This document shows, piece by piece, positions 1 to 9,860 of a stretch of 32,000 nucleotides of DNA. The number at the start of each line of letters is the position of its first letter. The first letter of the stretch is position 1. The notes under the pieces are model-generated. The model worked only from the letters and a program-made list of their open reading frames with translations, was not told the origin of the DNA and did not search any database. Position numbers and translations under genes: made by a program. Location: contig OY970357.1 in NCBI GenBank assembly GCA_963718585.1, forward strand, positions 570,001-602,000, in the 5' to 3' direction. The stretch is from Candidatus Saccharimonadota bacterium. GTDB taxonomy: Bacteria; Patescibacteriota; Patescibacteriia; 2-12-FULL-60-25.

Positions 1-556
1 ACGCCGCAGGTTGGCGGATGGATCCGCCAGTATCGGATCCGAGCGCCGCCAAACAGAAATGCGCTGCGACCGCGACCGCACTGCCGCCGGAAGACCCGCC
101 CGGAACGCGTTCCGGATCACGTGGATGATACGTCGGACCGTATGCGGAACGCTCGGTCGACGACCCCATCGCGAATTCATCCATGTTCGTCCGTCCGAGG
201 ATCACGGCGCCCTGCTCCTTCAACTTCCGTACGACCGTCGCATCTGACGCGGACACGTGTCCTGCGAGGATCTTCGATCCCGCCGTGACCATCTTTCCCT
301 GATCGAGAAGATTATCCTTCAGCGCGATGGGGAGACCGTCCAATACGCCGTTCCGTTCTCCGGAGGAACGACGATGGTCCGCCCGACGCGCGGCTTCTAG
401 GGCGACATCCTCATACGTCGCCAAGAATGCGTGCAGCGCGCCGTCGAGGGATCGGATCTCCTCCAGACACGCCTTCGTCACCTCTTCGGACGAGATATCT
501 CCACGGTCGAGCCGCGAACGCGCCTCCGTAAGGGTCAGTTGGTTCAATCGGTTCAT
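1..556 (-). CDS. gatA: Glu-tRNA(Gln)/Asp-tRNA(Asn) amidotransferase subunit A, N-terminal part (gene continues beyond the left edge)
   Basis: Minus-strand ORF absent from the track because it is truncated by the window edge. ATG is the reverse complement of 554-556. Translation MNRLNQLTLTEARSRLDRGDISSEEV...LPIALKDN...GRTNMDEFAMGSSTE...GGSSGGSAVAVAA...GSDTGGSIRQPAA carries the amidase-signature Gly/Ser-rich motif. It lies downstream of gatC. Confidence 0.9.
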   Translation of the reverse strand, partial: MNRLNQLTLTEARSRLDRGDISSEEVTKACLEEIRSLDGALHAFLATYEDVALEAARRADHRRSSGERNGVLDGLPIALKDNLLDQGKMVTAGSKILAGHVSASDATVVRKLKEQGAVILGRTNMDEFAMGSSTERSAYGPTYHPRDPERVPGGSSGGSAVAVAAHFCLAALGSDTGGSIRQPAA

Positions 557-690
557 ACGATAAAAAGAATGTCATCTCGACCGAAGCGGAGAGATCTTCG
601 TATTGATGATTCTTGTGGCGCTCTCGACAGGGGTTTCATTGGGAAGACCCCTCGTCGCACCGACTTCCCTCGTGATGACATCATTCTCAT
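553..690 (-). CDS. 45-codon bridging small ORF across the gatC-gatA spacer (hypothetical; possibly only a ribosome relay)
   Basis: ATG (688-690 rc) lies 2 nt after the gatC TGA. Its TGA (553-555 rc) overlaps the gatA ATG as ATGA. Peptide: MRMMSSRGKSVRRGVFPMKPLSRAPQESSIRRSLRFGRDDILFIV. It falls below the 60-aa cut-off of the supplied track. Confidence 0.3.
   Translation of the reverse strand: MRMMSSRGKSVRRGVFPMKPLSRAPQESSIRRSLRFGRDDILFIV
567..686 (-). other. Structured intercistronic element (closing stem, inner hairpins, possible H-type pseudoknot)
   Basis: Closing-stem pairs are 567-571/682-686, 572-576/674-678 and 578-579/671-672. Inner hairpins are 582-586/596-600 and 626-634/647-656 (one bulge). 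GGGAAG at 641-646 is complementary to CTTCCC at 664-669. Confidence 0.4.
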
Positions 691-692
691 AT

Positions 693-1001
693 TCAGTTTT
701 TCCCTTTCGGATTCTCGAACACCCCGGGCGTCTTCAACAGATTCCCGCTCTTCACAGGAAAATTCGCAAGGATCAATTCGCGCGTCGCATCATCGGATGC
801 GAACGCAACGTCTTCGCGCCATCCTTCAGCCCGCGCTGGCATGGTCAACGGCTGGACTCCTTCCGTCCCCACTTCTTTCAACCGCTCGACATAGACAAGG
901 ACCTCGTCCAGGTCGTGCACCATGGATGCGGCTTCCGTATCTGTGAGCTCCAACCGGGCCAGATCGGCCAACGCGGCGATATCCTCTTTTTTCAGTGACA
1001 T
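693..1001 (-). CDS. gatC: Glu-tRNA(Gln)/Asp-tRNA(Asn) amidotransferase subunit C
   Basis: 102-aa ORF MSLKKEDIAALADLARLELTDTEAASMVHDLDEVLVYVERLKEV...; typical GatC size and N-terminal pattern, upstream of gatA. Confidence 0.9.
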   Translation of the reverse strand: MSLKKEDIAALADLARLELTDTEAASMVHDLDEVLVYVERLKEVGTEGVQPLTMPARAEGWREDVAFASDDATRELILANFPVKSGNLLKTPGVFENPKGKN

Positions 1002-1020
1002 AATGCGTAACGTTAGCGGA

Positions 1021-3156
<2,136 letters not shown>

Positions 3157-3171
3157 TCAGCCCTTGAGGGG

Positions 3172-3200
3172 TGGACAAAACGACCATTTTATGGTATGAA
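3172..3200 (+). promoter_or_regulatory. Putative promoter of the plus-strand secreted-protein gene
   Basis: TGGACA (3172-3177), a 17-nt spacer, TATGAA (3195-3200). This is followed by a leader carrying AAGGAGG (3238-3244) 6 nt before GTG 3251. Confidence 0.35.
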
Positions 3201-3250
3201 GAGGCTAGCGGGCATGTGTCCGAGTACCTTAAAGATCAAGGAGGATCATC

Positions 3251-5017
3251 GTGAAACCACTTCGTCTGTTGGCGGCTTTGGCCATTTTGGCCACTGTGGC
3301 ACATTGCGGCTCGGATAACTCGCCGGGCTCGCACCCGAGTAACGGGACTGATGCCGGACCCGACGCCGCCGGAACGGGCGGAGTCAGTGGCAACGGCGGA
3401 TCGTCCGGCAACGGCGGATCGTCCGGAACAGCAGGATCACCCGGCCTCTGGGGCCCAGGCCCCGGCATGCCCGGTTCTGTGACCGAGATCTCCCAACACA
3501 TGGCTCATGTGCAAGGGATCAGCTCACAGCTCATCATCACGACCAAGAGCAGCGGGAGTAAGTGCCCGCCGGTCGAGGGTGGTGCCGGTTCTGCCGGTGC
3601 ATCTGGTGCAGCCGGTTCGGATGGCGGCGTGGGAGCGGAAGCTTCTGCTGGCGCCGCGGGGTCGGCAGGTTCTGCCGGCGCTTCGGGCGCGGGCGGAACG
3701 ACTGGCAGTGATGCCGGTTCGTGCCTCAGTACCTACACGCCCTCGCCGGCTTCGCTGGACCTGTCCGGCATTGCCACGACGAGCGTCAGCCTGGCGCTCC
3801 CGACGATCCCGCTCTTCCAGCCGCTCGATCAGAGCGGTCAGTGCCAGCAAGCAGGGACGCTTCTGCAGAATGCAAAGCTCTTCCTGACGAGCTGTGACCA
3901 GTCGGTGACCGAAGTGCCCGTGTTCACCAACGCGGACATCGACGGTTTCTTCGGCGCTTCATCCGTTCTTGGTCGGAAGGATAACTTCCACATCGACAAC
4001 GGAACCGTGGCGACGATCACCGGTCTGGCCATGAAGAGCGCCGAGTGCGGGAACAGCGTGTTCCTCACATCGAACGCGTCCGGGACCATCATCCAGGTCA
4101 CGCTCGATGCGGACGCGGGCTATCCGCGATCGGATCACGACACCGGCTACGCCGGCCTCTCGGGCATCACCTGCGGTCCCAACGGGACCGTGGTCGTGAG
4201 CACGTCCAGGACCTTTACCCAGGACTCCTGGAACGTAGCTGGCGGGTCGAGCGACCCGTCAAAGCTCGTGGAGGAAGACCCGGTGCGGATCGTCTCGTAC
4301 GATCCAATGGCCGGGACCCAATCGGTCCTGACCGAGATCAACGGTCTGTCGAAGGTCCTGACGCAGAGCTACGCAGCTCTGCCCGGGGTCGACGGCGGGA
4401 CGAAGATCCTGATGCCGGGGACGGCGAACATGCTCACGCATGCCACGGACAGTGACCTTCTCTACGGAGATCACTTGACGGGTTCTGTGTGGAAGATCTC
4501 CCCGGACGGGAGCACGAAGAACAAGCTGTTCGAGACGGACCGACTCTTCACCGGGCTGGTCCAAGCACCGAACGGCGTGATCTTCCTCGCACTCAACGCG
4601 CGCGCGGACATCAACTGCGGCACCATCCTCTCTCCACCGGTCATCGCCGCGTACAACGCGACGACGGGTATGGTGGACGATTGGCTGACCCTGTCGAGTC
4701 CGGACTACGCAACGCTTCTGCCGACGCTCTGCAACACGGGCATCATCGAGCGGAACTATACGACGCAGGAGATCCTGATCGGCGGAGGCAACTTCAACGA
4801 TCTGATCGCCGACCCCATCTATCCGGTCCTGTTCGTCACCGAGTCGCTCCGCAATGTCACGCGGGCGATCGAGGTGACCTATCAGCCACCGGAAGCTGGG
4901 ACCGATGCAGGGTCTGACGCCGACGCGGATAGCGCGACGGATGCAGGCGATGCCTCAGACGCCAGTTCCGATACCGGATCCGACGCGGATAGCGCGACGG
5001 ATGCGGGAACGGACTGA
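3251..5017 (+). CDS. Secreted (possibly lipid-anchored) low-complexity protein, function unknown
   Basis: GTG start with a strong SD. Signal-peptide-like MKPLRLLAALAILATVAHC. Gly/Ser/Ala-rich linkers (GNGGSSGNGGSSG; AGSAGASGAAGS...), a central globular part of roughly 350 aa, and an acidic tail (DAGSDADADSATDAGDASDASSDTGSDADSATDAGTD). A strong terminator follows. Confidence 0.75.
   Translation: MKPLRLLAALAILATVAHCGSDNSPGSHPSNGTDAGPDAAGTGGVSGNGGSSGNGGSSGTAGSPGLWGPGPGMPGSVTEISQHMAHVQGISSQLIITTKSSGSKCPPVEGGAGSAGASGAAGSDGGVGAEASAGAAGSAGSAGASGAGGTTGSDAGSCLSTYTPSPASLDLSGIATTSVSLALPTIPLFQPLDQSGQCQQAGTLLQNAKLFLTSCDQSVTEVPVFTNADIDGFFGASSVLGRKDNFHIDNGTVATITGLAMKSAECGNSVFLTSNASGTIIQVTLDADAGYPRSDHDTGYAGLSGITCGPNGTVVVSTSRTFTQDSWNVAGGSSDPSKLVEEDPVRIVSYDPMAGTQSVLTEINGLSKVLTQSYAALPGVDGGTKILMPGTANMLTHATDSDLLYGDHLTGSVWKISPDGSTKNKLFETDRLFTGLVQAPNGVIFLALNARADINCGTILSPPVIAAYNATTGMVDDWLTLSSPDYATLLPTLCNTGIIERNYTTQEILIGGGNFNDLIADPIYPVLFVTESLRNVTRAIEVTYQPPEAGTDAGSDADADSATDAGDASDASSDTGSDADSATDAGTD
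3389..3424 (+). repeat. Perfect tandem duplication of an 18-nt unit (ggcaacggcggatcgtcc x2) inside the CDS
   Basis: 3389-3406 equals 3407-3424, encoding GNGGSS GNGGSS. Confidence 0.9.
4920..5004 (+). repeat. Two 25-nt identical copies 60 nt apart in the acidic C-terminal tail
   Basis: ccgacgcggatagcgcgacggatgc occurs at 4920-4944 and 4980-5004, encoding DADSATDAG twice. Confidence 0.9.
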
Positions 5018-5030
5018 CCTTCTCCCCTTC

Positions 5031-5058
5031 GGACGGCCTTCGGGCCGTCCGTTTTTTT
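5031..5058 (+). terminator. Rho-independent terminator (hairpin shared by the convergent genes)
   Basis: GGACGGCC (5031-5038), loop ttcg, GGCCGTCC (5043-5050), followed by T7 (5052-5058). It lies between stop 5017 (+) and stop 5067 (-). Confidence 0.85.
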
Positions 5059-5066
5059 ATACTCCT

Positions 5067-5897
5067 TTACGGGCACGTCGGCGTACCTGTTCCTTTGATG
5101 AGCGTGCACTCAGAGAAGATCACATAGCTGAACACGCCCGAAAGGACATTCGACTTCGGCATGACCACTCTGATCTTCTGTGTCGCATTCTGATACGTCC
5201 CTTCTGCGGAAAGCGTCACATCGCCGGGAAACGCCTTCGGAATGCTTCCGCCAGAATCCGAATAGGTCTTCGCGATCAGATCTTTCGCCGTACAACCGAG
5301 CGCATGGATACGAACACGATAATTCTTCGACGGATCTAGGAGAAGCGTCATGGTCTGGCCGCTGTTCACACAATTCGCATCCGGCGGACTCAACCCTTGC
5401 CGACATACCGTATACGCCTGTGGGAGGACGCCGGACGTCAGATCGAAATCCGCATACCCTGCTTCGACCTGCGCGCTTGTCCCGAGAGCCGCGCAGTCCG
5501 GACCGTTAGACCATGACAGATCAAGGCGCGCGACCCCGGCCGCCTGGACATTATCCGGATTGAAGAGATCGACCACTCCGAAGCTGGACGTCGCGACGGT
5601 TGAAAAGGTCTTTTCCGTCGTCGTGGCGTATCCGCCAAAGAATGTCCACGAACCCTGACCCGGATATTGTGCATCCAGTGCAGATAATTGACCGGTCGTC
5701 GCATCCTTCTTCCGCACCTCATACAACTGGCGCTCGATGCCGGAATCTGCAAAGTAGTACGCCAAAACCGAGTGGTCATTCTCGACCGCGCGTTTAGAAC
5801 CCTGGAGAACGACCGTCCCGATCCCGATGCCTGCAAGCAGGATCATGGTGGTCATGATCAGGGCGAGCGGGAGGATGCTTCCGTGGTCAGATCGCAT
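5067..5897 (-). CDS. PilX-like minor pilus protein (N-terminal hydrophobic anchor, no canonical G/FxxxE site)
   Basis: N-terminus MRSDHGSILPLALIMTTMILLAGIGIGTVVL...AYYFADSGIE resembles the PilX N-terminal domain pattern. It is the last gene of the pseudopilin row. Confidence 0.65.
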   Translation of the reverse strand: MRSDHGSILPLALIMTTMILLAGIGIGTVVLQGSKRAVENDHSVLAYYFADSGIERQLYEVRKKDATTGQLSALDAQYPGQGSWTFFGGYATTTEKTFSTVATSSFGVVDLFNPDNVQAAGVARLDLSWSNGPDCAALGTSAQVEAGYADFDLTSGVLPQAYTVCRQGLSPPDANCVNSGQTMTLLLDPSKNYRVRIHALGCTAKDLIAKTYSDSGGSIPKAFPGDVTLSAEGTYQNATQKIRVVMPKSNVLSGVFSYVIFSECTLIKGTGTPTCP

Positions 5898-5898
5898 A

Positions 5899-6513
5899 TC
5901 AACGTTGATAGATCCGTGAGGACACCGTCGTTTGTGCCTGAAGCGTCACATTCTCCTTCGGCTGATCCGAGATGTACTTCAATCCGAGGCTGACCGTCAC
6001 ATATGGCTGGATGTTGTTGGGATACGATCCGCCGACCTTGATAAATGGGTCCTGCGTGGGCTCGAGATACACGTCAAAATTGGTCACATCAACCCGATTC
6101 GCCGTCACCTGCGTCCACGTCGCGCCATCATCGATCGATAGCATGAGACAATGACTGACGATCGTATCCTGGCACTTTGGACTTCCAGTGCTGCTTTCGC
6201 GTGCGATCCAAATATGGATCCCGTTCGATTTGAAGAGTTTGAGGATCGCATCCTTTTCAGCGGGACCTGCAGAATAATCGATGGTGTCGTTCCGCGCTTC
6301 ACGCACGATCGCTTCCATCGCATAGCGCATATCCTGTCCAAGGACCGCCTTGTCCGCGACCCTCCGATGTAATTGATTGAACGAGATGAATATCTGCGAG
6401 AGTGCGACCGCCATCAACATGAAAATGAATGTCACGATCAACATCTCGACCAGGGTGTAGCCCGGCGCGAGAGATGGTTTCCGCGTTGATGTATTGACTC
6501 GGGAACGAGTCAA
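5899..6513 (-). CDS. GspJ/PilW-like minor pseudopilin (start uncertain: TTG 6513, or in-frame ATGs up to 6753)
   Basis: Class III signal ...KPSLAPG|YTLVEMLIVTFIFMLMAVAL with Glu at +5. TTG 6513 gives a 17-aa leader, MTRSRVNTSTRKPSLAPG. The track ORF stays open in frame up to ATG 6753, overlapping the upstream gene by 14 nt. Confidence 0.7.
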   Translation of the reverse strand: MTRSRVNTSTRKPSLAPGYTLVEMLIVTFIFMLMAVALSQIFISFNQLHRRVADKAVLGQDMRYAMEAIVREARNDTIDYSAGPAEKDAILKLFKSNGIHIWIARESSTGSPKCQDTIVSHCLMLSIDDGATWTQVTANRVDVTNFDVYLEPTQDPFIKVGGSYPNNIQPYVTVSLGLKYISDQPKENVTLQAQTTVSSRIYQR

Positions 6514-6648
6514 TGACGGATCGGACGTTTTTTGCGTGATGAGATGCGATGGTTTAGACCAGATGGACTTCGAAAATGGAATGAAACGCGACGAGCTGGA
6601 ACGAGTCGACAAAGGATCGGACGTTTTATGCGTGATGAGATACGAAGG
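6503..6648. repeat. Two 50-nt direct repeats with a 96-nt period upstream of or within the pseudopilin 5' region
   Basis: 6503-6552 versus 6599-6648 match at 43 of 50 positions (gaacgagtc...ggatcggacgtttt.tgcgtgatgagat.cga.gg). A perfect 9-bp hairpin at 6493-6501/6506-6514 contains the TTG candidate start. Confidence 0.85.
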
Positions 6649-6739
6649 CCTGGACGGCGAGACCGCCGGAGACGTATTGAACATACGACGAGGACGGGCT
6701 CGACGGAAGGCCGAGCGAATCGCGCGCATAAAACGTTCG

Positions 6740-7321
6740 TTATCGCCAGTCATACAGATCGTCGTAGACAGTTACACTCTTCGCTATCCCCTTTCGCGTC
6801 CATTGGACTTTTGATTCGACACGTACCCCTTTTTTGGTACCTGCCGCACACGTATTAGGCGGATCTAGGACGGTGATCGCGCCGGAATCGCAGATCGGAT
6901 GGAAAGTGATCAAGCGAGCGTACGGCGTTGAAGTTCCGCTCGTACCCTGTCCATAGAACGTTCCCCCATTGATCAAGAACACCCTCGCTCCCGCGTCTGT
7001 GATCGCGTTCGCTGTAAAATCGAAGGATGGGACCGTACCCGCCTGACCGATCCATGCGGAGGTTCCTGTGTAGTTCGTCGAGTCTCCGACCGCATACAGA
7101 CCTGTATCAAAATCCGCTCCTGCAAGCCAGTTCGAATCCCGGACCTCCTTGGCAAGCTCCACTCCTTCACGCGCCATATTCACTGCGACCACCTCATCCG
7201 TATCCCGATCCACAAGCGCCAAATTGGAATAGACGATCGCCATCGCGGACATCAACCCGACACTGATCACCATCAGGGCGATAAGCATCTCGATCATGGT
7301 CTGTCCGTGTCGCAATCGCAT
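6740..7321 (-). CDS. GspI/PilV-like minor pseudopilin
   Basis: MRLRHG|QTMIEMLIALMVISVGLMSAMAIV: prepilin cleavage/methylation motif with Glu at +5. It sits in the pseudopilin row. Confidence 0.75.
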   Translation of the reverse strand: MRLRHGQTMIEMLIALMVISVGLMSAMAIVYSNLALVDRDTDEVVAVNMAREGVELAKEVRDSNWLAGADFDTGLYAVGDSTNYTGTSAWIGQAGTVPSFDFTANAITDAGARVFLINGGTFYGQGTSGTSTPYARLITFHPICDSGAITVLDPPNTCAAGTKKGVRVESKVQWTRKGIAKSVTVYDDLYDWR

Positions 7322-7322
7322 A

Positions 7323-7931
7323 TCACTCGATGGAGATCCGACCCGTCAGCGCATTCATGCTCACGGTCCTCGTATCATTCGTGACCGTTTGCTTCAGCGT
7401 GATCGATAATGTCGAGGTGGTCATGCCATTGATGAACATGTCCCCGTTCTGACGTTCGAATTCCACATCCGTAGGCGACCCCTGGCTCAAAGCGCTGATG
7501 ACCACATTCGGCGCACCGGCACCCCCAAGATCACGACTCTGAAAGACTTCTTTCGCATCCGTGTATTTGTGATCATTCGTCGTCGGCCGGACATCCGCAT
7601 ACATTCGATAGACCGAACTCCCTGTCGTAAAATGCGCGCCAACGCCTGGTGGCGGCGTCGGGACACACTGCGCCGGATTTGCACACCCAGTCGTGGAATC
7701 TTCACACACGACCGGAACACCGCCCGTATCCGGACAGATCTTCACATTTCCGGCAGAAAGCGCTTGGCTCTGAAGTGACCGCAGATCGCCTTCAACGACA
7801 CGCACCGCCGTGTTCAGCTGATCGACCTGTGATGTGTGATTCAGACTCACGACCGTGATCGTCGCGATGATCGCGAGGACGATGACGCTGACCATCGCCT
7901 CGACGAAACTGAATCCAGGCGCCTTACGCAT
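7323..7931 (-). CDS. GspH/FimT-like minor pseudopilin
   Basis: MRKAPG|FSFVEAMVSVIVLAIIATITVVSLN: prepilin motif. It overlaps the end of pilD by 8 nt. Confidence 0.75.
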   Translation of the reverse strand: MRKAPGFSFVEAMVSVIVLAIIATITVVSLNHTSQVDQLNTAVRVVEGDLRSLQSQALSAGNVKICPDTGGVPVVCEDSTTGCANPAQCVPTPPPGVGAHFTTGSSVYRMYADVRPTTNDHKYTDAKEVFQSRDLGGAGAPNVVISALSQGSPTDVEFERQNGDMFINGMTTSTLSITLKQTVTNDTRTVSMNALTGRISIE

Positions 7932-8721
7932 AGAGGCGCGTCACCCAGGTGATGATCTGTCCGCCGAACCACAAGGCGAGCACCGATCCAGCGGCGAGCG
8001 CCGGCCCGAACGGGATCCGATCACCGCGATGCAGGGTCTTTGAAGCTAATCCGACGATCGCAACGATCCCGCCGGCGAGATATCCGAGATACAGAGCCAC
8101 AAGGACACCCGGCCAGCCGAAGATGCCGGCCATGGCCAAACCGAACCACAGATCACCCATCCCAAGCCAGCGCTCCTTCGACAGGATGATCTGGAGCCCG
8201 AAGAACAAGAGGACGAACACGGCGGCGATGATGACGCTCGAAACGGTCTGCCAAGGATCCCCGCTCAAGAACAGCAGTTTATATGCCAGTGCCGTGATCC
8301 CGATCCCGGCCAAGAACTCGACGGGAAGCTCCTTCCAACGCAGATCCATCACCACCGGAACGAGCAATGCGATCGTGAGGAGGAACTCGAACCAGAACAG
8401 ATACGCGGACGCACCGACGAGCGGATCCCATCGGATCGCGGCGATCACCCCCAGGATCATTGCTGCGCCTTCCACGAGCGGATATTGAATATGGATCTTC
8501 CGATCGCAGGACGGACACCGGCCGCCCAGCATCAAATATGAAAAGACGGGCACGAGGTGCTTCGCGCGGATGGTCTGCTTGCAATGCGGACAGGCAGAAC
8601 GACCCATCAACGATGCACCTTCATGCCACCGATAGGCTAAGACGTTCGCAAACGAACCCAGCGCTCCGCCGAGAAGCGCGACATAGATGATACCGATGAC
8701 CCGTTCAAGCATGAACATCAC
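7924..8721 (-). CDS. pilD: Prepilin peptidase / N-methyltransferase (A24 family)
   Basis: Polytopic membrane protein with CPHC...CPSC Zn-binding pairs in the first cytoplasmic loop, and Asp motifs VVMDLRWKELP and GMGDLWFG. Confidence 0.9.
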   Translation of the reverse strand: MMFMLERVIGIIYVALLGGALGSFANVLAYRWHEGASLMGRSACPHCKQTIRAKHLVPVFSYLMLGGRCPSCDRKIHIQYPLVEGAAMILGVIAAIRWDPLVGASAYLFWFEFLLTIALLVPVVMDLRWKELPVEFLAGIGITALAYKLLFLSGDPWQTVSSVIIAAVFVLLFFGLQIILSKERWLGMGDLWFGLAMAGIFGWPGVLVALYLGYLAGGIVAIVGLASKTLHRGDRIPFGPALAAGSVLALWFGGQIITWVTRLYA

Positions 8722-9182
8722 TCCTCGTCATCCGTCTGATTGATGCCGTCTGCATGCGCATAGTACGTCCCTGCTGTCCCGTATGCGGTCTGCCGCTCTG
8801 TCGCGAACCGGATGGAATATCCCTGTGCAGATCCATGATATCGATAGTATTCTCCACCCTTCGGGCCCACCGGAACCTGGGAAAGGTACACGGGAGAAGA
8901 TGCACTGTTCGCCGGGACAAACCCATCAACGGTCAGACGATCCACACCCGCTCCGGGAGCACCAAGATCCACGGGATCGCTTTGCGGATACCCAGCCTTT
9001 TGCAGCCAGTACTGCGTCAGACCGGCACGAAGGACCGCGACATCTGATACGCGCTTGTTATCGCGATTCATGGATCGCGTGATGTTCAGCATGTAGATCC
9101 CGACGGCAGCCAGGATGCCGACTGCGACCACGACGACGAGGATCTCCAAAAGGGTGAAACCTGGCAGGTTGCGGCGTTTCAT
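8718..9182 (-). CDS. Type IV pilin-like protein (second pilin)
   Basis: MKRRNLPG|FTLLEILVVVVAVGILAAVGIY: prepilin motif. ATGA overlap with the pilD start. Confidence 0.8.
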   Translation of the reverse strand: MKRRNLPGFTLLEILVVVVAVGILAAVGIYMLNITRSMNRDNKRVSDVAVLRAGLTQYWLQKAGYPQSDPVDLGAPGAGVDRLTVDGFVPANSASSPVYLSQVPVGPKGGEYYRYHGSAQGYSIRFATERQTAYGTAGTYYAHADGINQTDDEE

Positions 9183-9193
9183 AGGTTGACCTC

Positions 9194-9222
9194 AGTATAC
9201 CCTATCTGCGGTTTAGGGTTAA
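9194..9222 (-). promoter_or_regulatory. Putative promoter of the second pilin / pilD / pseudopilin transcript
   Basis: Minus strand reads TTAACC (9217-9222), a 17-nt spacer, TATACT (9194-9199), then 11 nt to ATG 9182. The -35 element abuts the T-tract of the preceding terminator. Confidence 0.35.
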
Positions 9223-9248
9223 TAAAACCGCCCCGTCTAGCGGGGCGG
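9221..9248 (-). terminator. Rho-independent terminator after the major pilin gene
   Basis: Minus strand reads CCGCCCCG ctaga CGGGGCGG TTTTATT. The 8-bp GC stem is 9228-9235/9241-9248, 13 nt after the stop. Confidence 0.85.
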
Positions 9249-9261
9249 TCATTTGGAGACC

Positions 9262-9771
9262 CTACTTCAGGATCCCGTTTTGGTTTGCCTGGTGTCCTCC
9301 CGCAGCGAGGTTGTTGACCGCGCCTTCCGTATAGAAGTTGATCGTAAAGGAGTCCAGTGCACCTCCAGCCGCAATTGTATATTCGCAGTCGGTATTAGCA
9401 CCCGTGCATTTCGTCGCGCTGCCCGGATACTTCGGATCCTTCAACAGGCCGAAATTCGAGTAGTTTGTCGTGACATCGGCCGCCGCGCCTGCCGAGCAGC
9501 CCCCCTTACAGATCTTGGCGATGCTCAGGTCGCCGGCCGCCGCGTACCCCAAGCCACCGGTGCAGTTATTCTTACATAGCGCATTGGTCGCATCGTCCTG
9601 AAGCGCCGCCGCGAAGGCACTGGTCACCGTCCGGATATCAGCAACGCGCTTGGAGTCACGCGCCTTCGTCTGTGCGCTGTTGAATGCAACAACGGCGAGG
9701 GTCGCGAGCAAGCCGATGATGGCGATCACCACCAGGAGCTCGATAAGGGTAAACCCTTTACGTTTCGTCAT
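9262..9771 (-). CDS. pilA: Major type IV pilin
   Basis: MTKRKG|[40 protein letters not shown] is a classical pilin N-terminus. The gene has its own promoter region and terminator. There are six Cys in three short pairs. Confidence 0.85.
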   Translation of the reverse strand: MTKRKGFTLIELLVVIAIIGLLATLAVVAFNSAQTKARDSKRVADIRTVTSAFAAALQDDATNALCKNNCTGGLGYAAAGDLSIAKICKGGCSAGAAADVTTNYSNFGLLKDPKYPGSATKCTGANTDCEYTIAAGGALDSFTINFYTEGAVNNLAAGGHQANQNGILK

Positions 9772-9813
9772 AAAATGAATTGATTTGTTTGGGTTAATGA
9801 TGAATGTTGAAAA

Positions 9814-9842
9814 GAGTATAACACGTTTTCACTCAACAAAAA
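9814..9842 (-). promoter_or_regulatory. Putative promoter of the major pilin gene (extended -10)
   Basis: Minus strand reads TGtTATACT, with the -10 at 9814-9819 and TG at 9821-9822, in an AT-rich gap. The weak -35 candidate is TTTTTG (9837-9842). An unstructured, AT-rich leader of roughly 35 nt follows, without SD. Confidence 0.35.
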
Positions 9843-9860
9843 AAGTTATCCACAGTTCAC

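Noticed and set aside
6503-6648. Direct repeats as a CRISPR array
   Set aside because: There are only two imperfect copies of 50 nt, no cas genes, and the copies lie in frame within an open reading frame.
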